Source of the DNA: Camelus ferus
Lineage: Eukaryota
Reading direction: 5' to 3'
Assembly (NCBI RefSeq): GCF_009834535.1
Contig: NC_045697.1
Location: forward strand, 28,956,001 to 29,020,000
DNA length: 64,000 nucleotides
The notes beneath the pieces were generated by a model. The model did no database searches, had not been told where the DNA came from, and saw only the letters and a program-made list of their open reading frames with translations. Below are positions 51,144 to 64,000 of the stretch, in pieces. The stretch's first letter is position 1. The number at the start of each line of letters is the position of its first letter. The translations under genes were made by a program, and so were the position numbers.

Positions 51144-51839
51144 TATTATCTTTAGTTTAGAGGCCAAAAAAACCCTCTGGAGACACAGAGAGGTTAAGTA
51201 ATTTGTTCAAGACACACAATAGGTAAGATAGTGTGTCCCTGTGTGTGCGTGTCTGTATTTGTGTGTGTAGATATGTGTGAATGTTTATATAGATACCCAT
51301 TTTTGGTTTTGGTAGGCTGCTGAGGGCTGGAAGTTTTACATACACAAGAGTCGACGACAAATTTAGCTCCTAGAAATCACTTGGCAGTTAGCTGACACCT
51401 TGCAGGCAACCTCGGTATTAGCATTCCACAGCCTGACACGCGGGGCCGCCTGCAGATCAAGGCTCTGCTTGTCTGTTGGCTCCAGTCCTGCTCCAAAGAG
51501 GCCTTCAAGGGTCAATTCACTCTGAAGTTTCCCCATTTTTGATGGCGTGGGGAGCTAAAGAATACTTCTCAGGTTTATTCCATGGAAATCCTATCCAGCT
51601 GCTTGTCCCTCAGGAGAACTCATATAAAGTGACTCAGGTTTCCACTTCTTATTACAGTTATATTTTAAAAAATTGATAAAAATGATTACTGTGGATCATA
51701 AAAATATTTGATAAATACCTAACAAAACTTAATTTTTCTGTATAGTGAGAGTAAGTGCTAAACTAGTAGTTTCTAAGAAACATAAAGTAAAGCTCATGGT
51801 AGCTACGAGTGACCCGTAGGCAGAGCTTTGTGAAACATA

Positions 51840-52250
51840 TTGTACCGTTCCAATTATTTATTGCCATAGAACACCAGTCATTTACTATGAATCGGACTCA
51901 GGAGGTGGTTTCCACTTGGAGTCTCTCATGAGGTTGCAGTCAGATGTTGACTGAGGCCAGAGGCATCTCAAAGGCTGTCTGTTCTCTCAGGTTTCAACTG
52001 GAGCTGAGGACGCGAACATCCATACTTGGCCTCTCCGTTGTCACCTGGGCTTCCTCAAACCTTGGCAGCCGGGTTTGAAGAGCAAACACCCCGAGGGAGA
52101 GCTAGGCTAAAACATCTTTTATAATCCAGCCTCGGAAGTCACACAGCGTCCTTTAAGTCCAGCCCACATTCACGTGTAAGGGAATTAGATTCTTCCTCCT
52201 GATGTGAGGAGTGTCCAAGAATTCAGACTTGTTTTAATGTCATCATATGT
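51840..52250 (-). mobile_element. MLT1 MaLR LTR remnant
   Basis: tctctcatgaggttgcagtcagatgtt...ccagcctcggaagtcacacagcgtc. Confidence 0.75.
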
Positions 52251-52729
52251 AGAAACTCTGCAAACTTTACAGTTATCATCAGACAACGGTCATCCCCATG
52301 CTCGCTCTTACAGCGGGCTCACCCTCTGAAGTGTCCTGGGCACACGTAGAGCTTCGGCACCCTCTGACTTGTTCTCCGAGGCCCTGATTTTGGGTGCATT
52401 ACCTTTTATGACAAACAGCTCTACGATGCCACCTATCTCCTGGATGTTGTCATTGTCTTTAAAAATCCTTGGTTCTGATGGTGTTTTGTGGGGCCGCCAT
52501 GATTCTCTGCGTGGAGCCTCACAGGGGAAAGGCCGTATAAGGAGGCTGGACGAGTTTCCTCTGTGTTGTGGGCTTTCCCTCCCACAGCTGTGTGTGGCAA
52601 CTGAGGTGTAACAGAAGGCTCTACTTAAGTCAACAGCAGGTAGTAACTGGAAGGAGGACAGCCAACGGAGAAGTGAAGAGGAAGTGGATCAATCCTTTGG
52701 GTCACAATTATGTTACCAATAATACTCAG

Positions 52730-52950
52730 CATTTATTGAGCACTTCCTCTGTCCTGGGCACCATATAAACCATGTTGCCTGCATTACCTCATTTAACTAC
52801 TCTTCCTACCAGCCTTAAGTGATAGGCACTATTTTTATCTTCACTTTACAGAAAAGAAAAAGGTGGTCAGAGTGGTTGAGTGACTTGCCCCAAGTTGCAC
52901 AGCAACTAGCAGATAGAGCCTGGATTTGAACTCAGGTATGACTGACTCAA
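52730..52950 (-). mobile_element. MIR SINE
   Basis: catttattgagcactt...gtgacttgccccaagttgcacagc...ggatttgaactcagg. Confidence 0.82.
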
Positions 52951-54779
52951 AAGGCTATTGGGGTCAGAACCCCAGTGAATGTGACCACTGGGGTCAGAAC
53001 CCCAATGCTTTGGCTTGAAACCTTACTTTGGGTGATTTTAACGATTAACCTCTTTGTGTTTCAGTTTTCTCATTGGCAGAGAGAGGATGATTTTCTTTTC
53101 TTTGTGGGTATATCCCACAGAAGTTTTAGCCTTAAATGGGAAGAGGCATGTAAGGTGTTTTGCACTCAGCAAATGTTAATTGTTCCTCCTCCACCTTTAC
53201 TACTTACATCTGCTAGAGTGGTGATCTATTAAAAAGGGTAACATGCTAAAGACCTGGAGGTCTAAGGAGGTTCAGAATGAGGAATCAGCCATAGAGCCAC
53301 CGTCAGACCTCAGCCTCCAGCGCTTATTTCAGTTGTGAAATTTCAGTTGTGACTCCAGGTTCCCATCTGCAAAATGGGCACAAGACTGGGACTTTGTGAT
53401 GATAAATGGAGGACCTGAAAGCTTTCTCTACTATGGCATCCCAGGCCTTTCCCTATTTCCAAGTCCAACTAAATTTGCAAGCTGCTTACCAAACCAAACA
53501 CAAACGCTACACACAATGAAAACTGATTCAGGTACTCAGAGTCAGAAAGAGGGGCTGGTGAAACACCCTCTCCACCTCCTTGCTGGGTTTAAAGCACTTT
53601 CTAATCCCAAATGGCCAGAATCTAATCTCTTCCTTTTGGGTTAAACCTTGGAGAGTCGGGGTATGATTTACTGAAATGTGTTTCCACTGCAGGAAAACTG
53701 TGATCTATTGCAGCAGGATTTCTTCCACTGTCTCTATGAGTAACTTGGAGGCTGTGGCTGGAATGGGCCCAAGGCAGAGCCTGGTGGGTGGCATGGCCGG
53801 CCCTCTTCCATCAGTGTTGCTCAGCTTGGGATCAGCGCTGTCTTCCAAGCCCAAAGAGGGTGGGAGGTTTTTCACTGGCCCCACGTTGTCGATGTGTGCG
53901 GTTCACCTCCTCCCAGGCAGGCTGATTTGTGAATGTGCTGAACTCTAGTGCACTAGGCGGCCTAACCACAGAGAGAGGTGTTTTGTTTCTCTACCGGATA
54001 CACCTGCCCAAAACGCAGTGTTCACTCATGCTGCAGGCTCTGGTTTGTTGTACTTTTGAAAGATTGCACCCTCCAGATAAACCAGAGGGTACAATTGTGT
54101 GCATTGAGAACCTGTGGAGGCTGAAAAGGAATGAAATTGATTTTCTTTTCTTTGGGGGGCAAGGGACAATTTTATAAAAGTGTTTTTCCATCCAAATGAG
54201 CATTCTTCACTTTCCCGTAGTCATTATTTCCCATAGCATACCACCCCGAGGCTTTTAGGGATATGTGGACAGAGCATTAAAGAGCATTGAGTCACAGACT
54301 GAGAAACTTAGTCCCTGTTAAATTTTTTTCAGTCTTTCTGGTTTTGTCAGGAGAAAAACCTTCATTTGAAGCTAGCATTTCTTTAACGTCTAACACTCAC
54401 TAATCTCCCGTTAAAAACACACACACATAAAATGAATACAGACTTCAGATTTGGAGTCTTTGGTTAGGTCTAGTATCTCCTTAAATGTTATACTATTTTC
54501 TAGATAAAATTTGATAATATTGTTTTTTATTATGTTTGTTTTGGGGATTATCTTTAATTTATGACAAGGGATAGAAGTTTACCATTTATTTTAGGGATAT
54601 TATGTCTCTTTTAAAAATAAATTTATTCAGGTTTTAAAAATCAGTTAATTTAAGGAAAAATATTAAGTAAATAAATGTACAGGTGCTATTTATAAAGAAG
54701 TCACAGGGATGGTATGTGGTGATATTTGGATATGGTAGAAATTGGGGAGGGAGCACATAAGTGTCTGACTGTGAGCAGC

Positions 54780-54990
54780 TAAGCTTTGGAGTCAGACAAA
54801 CTTGACTTTGAATAGCTGTCTACCACCTACTAGATACATGACCTTGAGCAAGTTATTTAATCTGGTTCCACATCTGTAAAATCAGAAGAATGGCAGTTCA
54901 TTACCCACCTTAGGATTTTTGTGAAGACAATACATGTAAGGCTGTAATGCGTAGTCCTAGAACATACTCAAGGAAGTTAGCCATTATTGT
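54780..54990 (+). mobile_element. MIR SINE
   Basis: gctttggagtcagac...tgaccttgagcaagttatttaa. Confidence 0.8.
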
Positions 54991-55094
54991 TATTACTATT
55001 GCCAGGGAATGTGCTTGTGTAAACACAGTACATAGCACACAGTAAAGTGTAACTGCTCCTGTAATTGCTGTCGCTACCATTAGCAATATCTTCA

Positions 55095-55480
55095 TTGGCA
55101 GATGTTAAGATGGAATTAGATGTGGGAGGGATTTGTGAGGGGGAAAGCCTGTGCAGAATAAAGGAGGAGGGAGCAGGAGAAAGTGGGAAGAGAAGTTCTG
55201 ATACCTGTGAAAGAAAGGCGACTTGGGCTGGTGGAGTCCTAGACTGTAGCAGAGTTACAAGAAAGGTTCGGCCAATGAGAAGTCCTGGAGCCAAAGTCGA
55301 CCCCTGGAGAAGTCACCCTCTGTGCTCAGTTATTAGCTGTGAGCAGCTCAGGAAGTTTGTCTTCATGTAAACATGCTGGCGGACCCAGAGGGCATCTGGG
55401 GCACGGTCACTTAGGTCTCCCCAGCAGATCCAAGCAGCACATTTTGTGGCTGCCAGGCGTATCATCTCCATCTTGCACAG
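55095..55480 (-). mobile_element. ERVL LTR remnant (LTR16-like)
   Basis: gagggagcaggag...ctgatacctgtgaaagaaagg...tcctagactgtagcagagtt...agtcctggagccaaag. Confidence 0.6.
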
Positions 55481-55789
55481 GAAGAAAGGAGCCTGAATGT
55501 TTCCTCCAACTCATTTATCTGGTTAAAAAACACCTGGTCACTGCAACCCAGAGAGAGATTAAAACTATTTCACACCTAAAAGTGAAATATGACATTTGGT
55601 CAACACATGATTTTCTCATCTAAATGCCCAACTAACAAACACATTACCTACTTTAAAAAGTTTATCTTGATCACAACTCTTTATTATTAACCTTGTCTTT
55701 TAGCTCCAATTTTGGATTTCAAAAGTTTTGCATTTCAGGCAGAGAGTGAAGCACAATTAACACTTTCATGCACATTGAATATAATAAAG

Positions 55790-55960
55790 GGCCTTAAATG
55801 TCAGTCCACAGATATATTTGGCCCACACAATGCTTAAAAAATTTTTTTTGAGCCAATATTTTAAAATTAGGAGATATCTTTTTTTTTTAAGTTGATTTCT
55901 GGCTTCTCTTGAAAACCACAGATCTGGAACACTGAGTCTGAATTTCTGCATGACAGTATT
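55790..55960. mobile_element. MER102-like hAT fragment
   Basis: tttggcccacacaatg...gatttctggcttctcttgaaaaccacagatctggaacactg. Confidence 0.65.
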
Positions 55961-56091
55961 ATCTAGGGTGAAAGTGGTGGCCCCTCAAATTGGGGCTCTC
56001 CTGTTTGCTTCAGGATCTGTCACCTACATAAAATATGCACGTGCCCTTATACCTAGCAGTCTTCACTGACTTACATTCCTATCTGATCTTT

Positions 56092-56556
56092 TGTGCAGAG
56101 AATGCTAACTGTGCCTCAATATTACTATCTGTCCTTCTTCTATAGTAATGTTCCAGCTAGACTCATGACTGCCCCTCTAGGACTACATCCCAGCCTCCCT
56201 TGCAGCTAGGTCTGATCATGTGACACAATTTTGGCCAATAGTATAAAACTGGAATTGATGTTTGGAACTTCTGGACTGCTTTTAAAGGAAAGCAGCATGC
56301 CCTCTTTTGCTCTTTTTTTCTTCTTGCCAGCTAGGAAGTGGACATGCTGGTGGGAGATGAAGCAGCCATCTGACATCACAAGATGGAAGCCATGTCTTGA
56401 AATAGCAGAGCAAATAGGAAGAAACCAGGTCTCCAACATCAAGGAGTTACATACCAGCTCTGGAAAACCTATGCTCAGACTATTACATCAGGAAAATTAA
56501 CTTCCATTCTCATGTCTCTTTTTCACAGCAGCTTCAACTGTATCTTAACTAATGCA
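56092..56556 (+). mobile_element. MLT1 (I/J-like) MaLR LTR
   Basis: actacatcccagcctcccttgcagctagg...catgtgacacaattttggccaat...cttaactaatgca. Confidence 0.8.
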
Positions 56557-59023
56557 TCCCCATTTGCAACTGAGTCCGTGGCCCTTGGGTTAATTGGAAT
56601 GGAGGTATAAAGGAAAAGAAAATATGATTTTGCAAGTTGTTTTTCCCTGTAAATGGGACCTGTGTGGCCAGCATCAAGTCAAATCACACTGACGGCTGAG
56701 ATGAGGCAGAATCGTTGTCTTTATGGCTAAAGCAATATTGGAAAGCCCTGGCCATGTCTTGCAGGCTGTGTTTGCAGGTACCATTTTCTGGCTGTGGATG
56801 GTTTGTCCACATGGCTCCTCAGGGCCACAGGCTACATTCTCATCTAGTCTTCATCTCCAGCTTGTCTTTGAAGGCCACACTTGAGCGGGCAGCCCTCCTA
56901 CCTTTTCTCGGCAGAGCCCTCTGAGTGGAAGAGAAGTAGAAACTTCTTGGTTGGTACTGTTCTGGTTCCCAGGGGTCCAAAGAGGCTTCCGTGCTAAGTG
57001 TGAAACCATTGAAGGGCCTCACAGTTTCGATCTGAGCAGATCCTGCTGTATTATGTGAGGGTAAAAGGCCAGTTATGAAAATGACCTATGACCAAAAAAA
57101 GAACTTACTACCTCCCCAGAGGCTAGTGCCAAAAATGACAATGTTGTTGTGTTCTTTAGAATGATGAATGAAAGTATTGAGTGAAATTTGGGTATAATAA
57201 AGCCAAACTACTTAGTTTGCCTATGACTGAGTTCTCCAAACCAGGAATATTCTCGGGAACAGAATGAGGAAGAAAAAAATATTGTTTAATAAGCACTTAA
57301 TGTGCTATAAATGTTATATACATTTTCTCACTTAATTATCTCAAAAATCAAATGAAGTAGTATTATACCTATTGTTTTAAAGCAGAAAATCTAAGAAAAG
57401 TTAACTGGACAAAGATAACACAGTTTGGAAGTAAAAAGCCAAGATTTTGACACTCTGGTGACCCGTGTTCATTTCATATCATGCAGCCTCATGGATGCTC
57501 TGAGGCTGGTCTAATCAGAAGGAGGAGGCACGCAAGATCATGGACAGAACTGCTGGGGATGGAAGTATCTGGGGGAGGAGGGTAGCCTGTAATAGATGCA
57601 GGAAAACAAGGAAAGAAAGTGAGAGAGAGATATGTTAAAAAATACTTCATACCTGCCTCGGATCTTCCTAAGGCCTGCACACTGTACCAAAGAGCAGGGT
57701 GAGTGTGACTCTCTGGTCCCTGAGGTAGAAGGGATTCTGGAGGAGGAAGGTAGCAGATACACATGGGGAGGGGCTACCTGGCAGCACGATGAGATAAAAC
57801 TGAAAGATCAATTTTATTATGCTCTTTACATTGTAGGATGCAGCTGATGAGTTGGTTGGTATGGCATGGAGTAGGGAAGGAATTACAACTTAATAGTTAG
57901 CCAGACAGAGGAGTTAACATTTTTGCTTATTTAAATAGGTATGCTTTTCCCATTCCTGGCAAATTCTTTTATTTTGTTGTTCATGCCCAGGGTATTTTAT
58001 ATAGATGTCCATTCATACTGTTCTGCAAGATCAAAGGGGAAAATAATTCCCAACGCAATATTCTGGGACAAGTAATGCCATCAAAGATCAAACAAAATTG
58101 TATCAACTTTCCTTTTTTAAAATTCTCTTAACTTCTGACTCTTCAGAGAAACAGTCCATCTTTACTTTCATTTAGTGGTAAAGTATTTTCTAACAGCATC
58201 AGCAAAACCCCATACAAAATCAAAGACCAGGTTTTTAGGCATAAGACACATGCCATTTCTGTTTGGCACAATGTGACTACTAACAGAGCTAATATATTTC
58301 TTTCTCTCTCAGCTATTGATGGGTGTCTGACAGTTCCAAACCCAACTCCCTCAACACTATGTTGATTAGTTAGATGGATGAAATCCTCAGAGATGGAGAA
58401 GTTACCTAAGGTGAGGGCTGTTCACATGTAAGTGGTGGTGAAGGGACAGGCTGGGGTCCCAGATGTCTACGTTCAGGCTGTGACAAGAATGGTGTCCTCT
58501 CTTTGGGGTCATTTCAAGCTCTTTCTACAGAATGAGTCCCAGATGACTGAATATCATTCTTCAGATAGGAGCAGGGAAGGATATAAAATAGAAACATTGA
58601 TGAGGCAAAGAGAATGATGCTATCAAGCTTATCTGTAGTTCTACAGAGCTTATTTTGTGCTGGCATTAGTGCAGGCTGAGGTTGGAGATCAGGTTTCAGA
58701 GAACTACAGGGGATGGTAGTGGTCCTGAGACGGCCAGGGCCATCTGGTTTTCAGAGGGCTTCCTGGTGATTTCATCATATATAAGATTTCCAGAGCTGGT
58801 ATATGGCTTGGCTTCATGATGTTGGGCACCCAGTTTCCTTCCATCTTTTTTCTCTGCTATTCTCATTACGTAGCTTTCATCTTGTGAGGTCAGACGGTAG
58901 ATAGGCAGGAGACAAAGGTAGCTTCCGCTCTTCATTTTTTATCAGTGGTGCTAATAGGTGGTTTGTTAATGAGAACATGGGGTTAGAAAGGAAGACAAGG
59001 AAATGTGATGAAGTACTAGTGTA

Positions 59024-59522
59024 CAGATCTTCCTTGACTCACTTCCAGATAAACTCATGGTAAGTTAAAAATATTGTAAGTTGAAAATGCATTTAATACA
59101 CCTAGCCTACAGAACATCCTAGCTTAGCCTGGCCTACCTTAAACGTGCTCAGAATGCTTATATTAGCCTGCAGTTGGGCTAAATCATCTAACACAAAGCC
59201 TATTTTATAATAAATTTTATAATAAAGTGTTGACTATCTCATGTAATTTCTTGACTACTGTACTGAAAATGTAAAACAGAATGGTTGTCTAGGTACAGAA
59301 TGGTTGTTAGGGCGTCGGCTGTTGACGTGCGTGATCAGGGGACTGGCTGGCTTGCTGCCCACGCCCAGCATCACAAGAGAGGATTGTATCGCATATTGCT
59401 AGCCCAGAAAAGATCAAAATTCAGAACTCAAAATCACGATTTCTGCTGGATGTGTATCACTTTTGCAACATCGTTAAGTCAAAAAACCAGAACTTGAACC
59501 ATCATAAGTCTGGGAACATGTG
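59024..59522. mobile_element. MER47/Tigger5-type DNA transposon nested in an old MLT1 LTR (~58600-59640)
   Basis: TA TSD on both sides (59022-23, 59523-24), internal gaaaatgcatttaatacacctagcctac...ctaccttaaacgtgctcagaa. Confidence 0.85.
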
Positions 59523-60680
59523 TAGTTGGGAGCTGGAAAATACATTGCCTCACCCAGCTGTCTGACTTAAGTCTCTTGCCTACCTCTTACTGATAAAAAC
59601 AGAAATGCAGCCATCAGTGCTATGGAAAACAGTTTTCCATCTCTGTGACTGGGGCCTGATGGGGAGGAAGTGAAACTAATTTGGGCAAAGACATGTCCTG
59701 TCTGTCCTGTCTGTCTTCCTGTGGGGCCCTGGGGTGGGAGCAAAGGGTTTGCATGTTGGGCTAGAGTACTAGGGAAAGAGGAAGCAGTGTCTGAAGTGGG
59801 ACTTTGGTGTCAGGGATAGGTCAAAGGGCAACAATTTCCTTCTGATCTTTCACCTTGCCTTTTCCTTTCTTCTTCTTTTTTTTTAAGTGAAGTTTCCAAG
59901 TAGAAAAGGCAACATTTGCCAAGTGCTACAATTTATTTGAAGCTGATTGGGTTCTGAATATGAAGACCCTCTTTACTCTGGCAGTAATTAAAAAATAATA
60001 ATAATGGTAGTGTGTTTTAGCACTAGGTTATAGATTCCTCGTCCAATGCTATGATAACCCCCTGAGACAGGCATTGTCATCCTCTCTATGGATGGGGGAA
60101 ATCGAAGCTCAGAGGGTAAGTGGCTTGCCCTCAGTCACACAGCTGGTCAGTGTCTGCAGAGTCTGGGATTTTCTGTTTCTTCCATACCTGTCACCGTAAT
60201 TCTCAGTTACAAGCAGTTGCTTCAGACACGTGTTAAGGTTTCTACTTGCAGCAGTCCTCTGGGCTCCATGGGATAAGCGCACGTTACTCTGCTTTCCACA
60301 GGTGTGTGTGAGGCTCCCGAGAAACTTCAATTCTTCCTCTCTCCTGGTGCATCCAGAACTACAGCTGAATTTCTTTATCATCACTTTAGAAGTGATAAAA
60401 ATTCCCAAAGGGAAATTTCTTTCTGCCGTGGAGTTGGCAGTCTTCATTCATAAGGGATGCATTGTGGAATGTTCTGTTTTGGTGAGATGGAGACATTCTT
60501 AGCGACTGAAGACAAAGAAGAAAAGGGGGGGAGTAGGGGAGAGCTGAAGGGAGGGTGTTCATATAGGGCTGGGAGTCTTGGCCCTTCTTCCTCATCCTCT
60601 TTAGCTTTAGGGGTCTCTGCCTTCCTTCTCCTGGGAGAAAGCAAAGACCACTGCCTTTTAAGTCAAACAGACCTTGGTTC

Positions 60681-61031
60681 TGGTAATAAAGTGACCACAG
60701 GCCCCAAATGGAGTCACTTGTGCTAAGCCCATGTCACCAAACAGAAACTTAATACCTAAGCTAATTGCAGTTTCAACATCCCCCAGGAATGTCATCTTAA
60801 TTCCAGTTTGGAATTTTCTGGTCATCACCAAGGAGGTAATCTGCCACATAGACCCTTTCCCCTCCCCCAGAGGAAGATGATGTAAGCTTCTCTTCCCTTA
60901 TCCCTCCCCTCTGTGACTGTTCAGCCGCTCAGAGCTCCTGTCTGTTCGCTAGATGGGATTCTGAGTCATGAATCATTGAATAAAGCCAAGTCCATCTTCA
61001 AAATTAGTCATTTGAATTTTGTTTCTGTTAA
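60681..61031 (+). mobile_element. ERV1-class solo LTR (~350 bp) inserted in a MIR
   Basis: ccccaaatggagtcacttgtgctaagcccc, AATAAA near the 3' end, perfect 4-bp TSD GTTC (60677-80, 61032-35). The MIR reads continuously when the LTR is removed. Confidence 0.82.
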
Positions 61032-61227
61032 GTTCAAATCTCAGCTCTGATGAAAACTCTTGAGGAAGCTAGCTAACCTCACTGAGCCTCAGTTTTCTCT
61101 TCTATAAAAGTGGGGCTAGGATTAGTACTTTGTTGGATCACTGGCGGGACTGAATGAAATAATGCTTCTCCAAGCATGATATGCATATGATTTTCTGGTG
61201 ATACAGACATTTTTTAATGTAATAATT

Positions 61228-61232
<5 letters not shown>

Positions 61233-61286
<54 letters not shown>
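61233..61286. repeat. (AT)27 microsatellite
   Basis: Perfect run. Confidence 0.97.
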
Positions 61287-61288
<2 letters not shown>

Positions 61289-61585
61289 TAACAGATCCGT
61301 CATTCACAAGTTATATTGCTTAGGGCAAGGCTAAGTTAAAAAAAATCCAATTTAAAGTCTATCTTGATAAAATGTTAACATGTGTATGATGGCAAAAGGT
61401 GATAGGGAGGGAACCCTGAACTGATACGTAAGGAAGCTGCTGGCCCAGCCTCCTCTGCTCAGGGAAGCAACTCCTCCCCACTCCTCCTGGTTAAGGAGTG
61501 CAACTCTGGACAAAGAAAAGCAGAGAAACCCAGGTTGGACAGGAAGTCTGGGTTACACTGGGGACCTGGAATTGCATCTCCCGCT

Positions 61586-61600
61586 GCTGCCCTCTCGTGG
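61586..61600 (-). promoter_or_regulatory. Candidate CTCF-binding motif
   Basis: Minus strand CCACGAGAGGGCAGC matches 14/15 of CCASYAGRKGGCRSY. Confidence 0.6.
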
Positions 61601-62089
61601 TCATGGGCTGTCTCAGTGTCCTGAATGCAAGTCAAAGTTGTCCCCTGGAGCTTTAGCACCCAGCACCCGTGCCCCTCCCTTTCTGGCCCTTTTCTCACGT
61701 TTTCATTTCCCTGCCTCCGGAACTCCCCCACCCTCATCAGTCCCACCCAGCCTTGGCCTACCCTCCCCATAGTGTCACTTCCTCTTCCAGCCCAGTCACA
61801 ACAACTCCCCTTCCCCAGACTCCTTACAAGGAGGATGTTCTGATTCTCACATCTGAGAATCACCAATAAGCTTAGCTTTCCCAAGGGACACTTGTTTTAA
61901 AAGAGGAACTGGTTTAAACCAAAGGAACTCAAATGAGCAGTGGCTGTATGTTTGTGATCGGTATCTTTCTTTGGTTCCCACCTTTCTTTATGAAACAGAC
62001 CCTTCTCTTTAAGTAAGCGTCTAGATCCAGGAAATGAAAACCTATTATTTTTTCCCAGGGAATTCCACAACAAACTTTCAAAATAGTTT

Positions 62090-62555
62090 TACTGCTGGTG
62101 TTAGAGTTACATTATTTTGCTTGAGGCTGAAAACCCAAAATAACAGTGGATTTAAAAAGATTTTAAAGTATTTCTCTCTCTTGTAAACAGAGGAAACCCA
62201 GGGCTGGTATGTTGGCTTCCTGATCATCAGGTTCCTTCTGTCCTGTTTTTTCACCCTCTTCAACATGCAGCTTCTACCTTGGGGCCCAAGACGGCTGCTG
62301 CAGTTCCAGAACTTGGGTCAGCATTCCAGTCACTGGTTAGGAGGAAAGGGCCAGAGAAGGGTATACTACTCCTTTAAAGCACTCACTACAATCTTTTACA
62401 TCTTTCTGGCCAGGACTCTGACATGCGTTCATTTGCAAGGCATACTAGGAAATGTGACTTTCTTTCCTGAGCAATCTGTGACCTGCTAACGTTTGGTATT
62501 TTATTAGTAAAGAGTGGGAAAATGGGTTTTGGAGACAATTAGCATCTCTTCCACA
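62090..62555 (-). mobile_element. MLT1 (J/K-like) MaLR LTR
   Basis: aaacccaaaataacagtggatttaaa...caagacggctgctgcagttccag...ttagcatctcttccaca. Confidence 0.78.
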
Positions 62556-64000
62556 AGCCTTTTGCTGGGGTTATCAGAAATATCAGACCCAAGTAGGATT
62601 GAATCCCAGGATTAAAATCAAGCTCTTACATCTCTCTTCTGCCATCGTTAAAATGCCACTGGTGTCAGGGACAATGCTCTAGACCACAGCTAGGACATTG
62701 AGGTTCTAGTTCTGGCTCAACTGTTAGCCAGTGTCACAGCCTCCAGAGAGAAGTCTGACATTCCAGGGCCTCAGTTTCTCTAATCTGGTGTCCAGGGTCC
62801 TTCCCTGCTCTAACATTATGATTTCTTACAACACTGTCTTGGCGTCCATAATCAAGCAGTTAAATACAAGATGAACATATGCTTTTTCCTTTCCATTGTG
62901 ACCACTAAATGCTATGGGTAATTAAGGATAGATAACCAATTACGGCCCCCAGGTATCCTTTTAACCATGTCACACTTCCGCGGGAATCTTTCCTGCAGGA
63001 ACTGGCTGGGAAATGGAGTGGTTGGCCAGGAGATCAACTTTATTTTCCATTGAGCTTTGGAAGCAGGAAGGCCAAAGCAACCGACAAGGAACCTCATGGT
63101 TGTAAAGTCTCTGTTTATATCCAGTAGTAGTGGCTGCAATTGCCCATCTCAAACCGCTGGGACAGGAAGCACATGTAGCCAATTGACAAAGAGGTTGTCT
63201 GCTGTGGGCATGCTAATCTCGAGCAAATGGGGATCCCACGGCACCTGGATTAGCCACAGACCAGAAAGGGGCCCTTTAGGGTTCCTTTCAGTTGCTAAGA
63301 CACACTGTGTTTGAAAAAACACTTCCTCCCTCACCCGGAGGGGGAAAAATATAAGCTGCTATTGTGTAACTTCCTTATAAAAGCCAACCAACATTAGCCT
63401 CTGAGCCTTAATAAATGGTTAATCTACAAATAAAAATGCCACCTTGTCTGCTTCTTGGGACCAGAGAGTGGACCAGTTCGCTGGTTGGTCATCAGGGCTC
63501 TGAGATATTACTTTCTTAGCTCTATGTGACATCGTGGATGAGCTGTATGATGGCAGGAAGAGGACCAAATAGGACATCCACGCTGGAAATGAGGCCCCAG
63601 GCTACATGCCTGTTGGTCCCTCAGCCACAGGGAACCTTGCTCCTGACTTGAGAGAGACTTTCCCAGAGACCGGCCAGTCTGATGAGAAGGACAGGCACTC
63701 CCAGGTGAAGCATCTGGAATAACATCTTCCTTTTGACTAGGATGACTCCTTGGGGCCAGGAAGACCAAGCCTGGAATCAAAGGGGAAGGGATCCAGACAG
63801 TTTTAGAGCAAGGCGGTGTGTCTGAGACACCAGTAAAAACTGTCTGGCTTCAGTTAAATGAGAGCAATTTCTTTCCTGGAGCTGTGCAACATTTTGACCT
63901 CCTTCATGTCAGCTTTGATGACTGTCCACGTTGGCACAACTTTATCCACATTTTTCAATGCTATGTTGCCAATGTTGGAAAGGAGGGATCTTGCTTACAG

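Noticed and set aside
52959..53004. Palindromic direct repeats with a spacer resembling a mini CRISPR array
   Set aside because: Only two 16-bp repeats, a 14-nt spacer, no cas genes, and a mammalian context.
22341..64000. Exons of the neighbouring gene CHRNA9
   Set aside because: No nicotinic receptor peptide (signal peptide, Cys-loop, TM segments) is visible in the ORF track; the gene presumably lies beyond the window.

Overview
Mammalian (eutherian) genomic DNA, most likely camelid (inferred from three copies of a tRNA-derived SINE resembling camelid Vic-1). One protein-coding gene is supported: the 3' part of RHOH (RhoH/TTF, the haematopoietic GTPase-deficient Rho protein), with an intronless 191-aa CDS at 20174-20749 on the + strand. 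The CDS lies in a terminal exon that starts at a strong splice acceptor (19959) and carries two short uORFs; a short non-coding exon probably precedes it. The first ~19.5 kb looks like the large 5'-UTR intron and the remaining ~42 kb is 3' UTR/intergenic. Both are filled with interspersed repeats (L1, L2, MIR, SINEs, MaLR/ERVL/ERV1 LTRs, Tigger and hAT DNA transposons), microsatellites and candidate lymphoid/myeloid regulatory motifs. The other ORFs in the track are repeat-derived or appear to be chance. I found no convincing novel multi-gene system. The most noteworthy observations are a TSD-flanked ~355-bp bipartite element (L1-like 5' end fused to L1 3' end), the RHOH uORFs, a C-terminus ([10 protein letters not shown]) that differs from human as recalled, a tail-less internal L1 RT fragment and a strong CTCF motif facing the gene. 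Repeat family names and human comparisons are from memory, not from searches.
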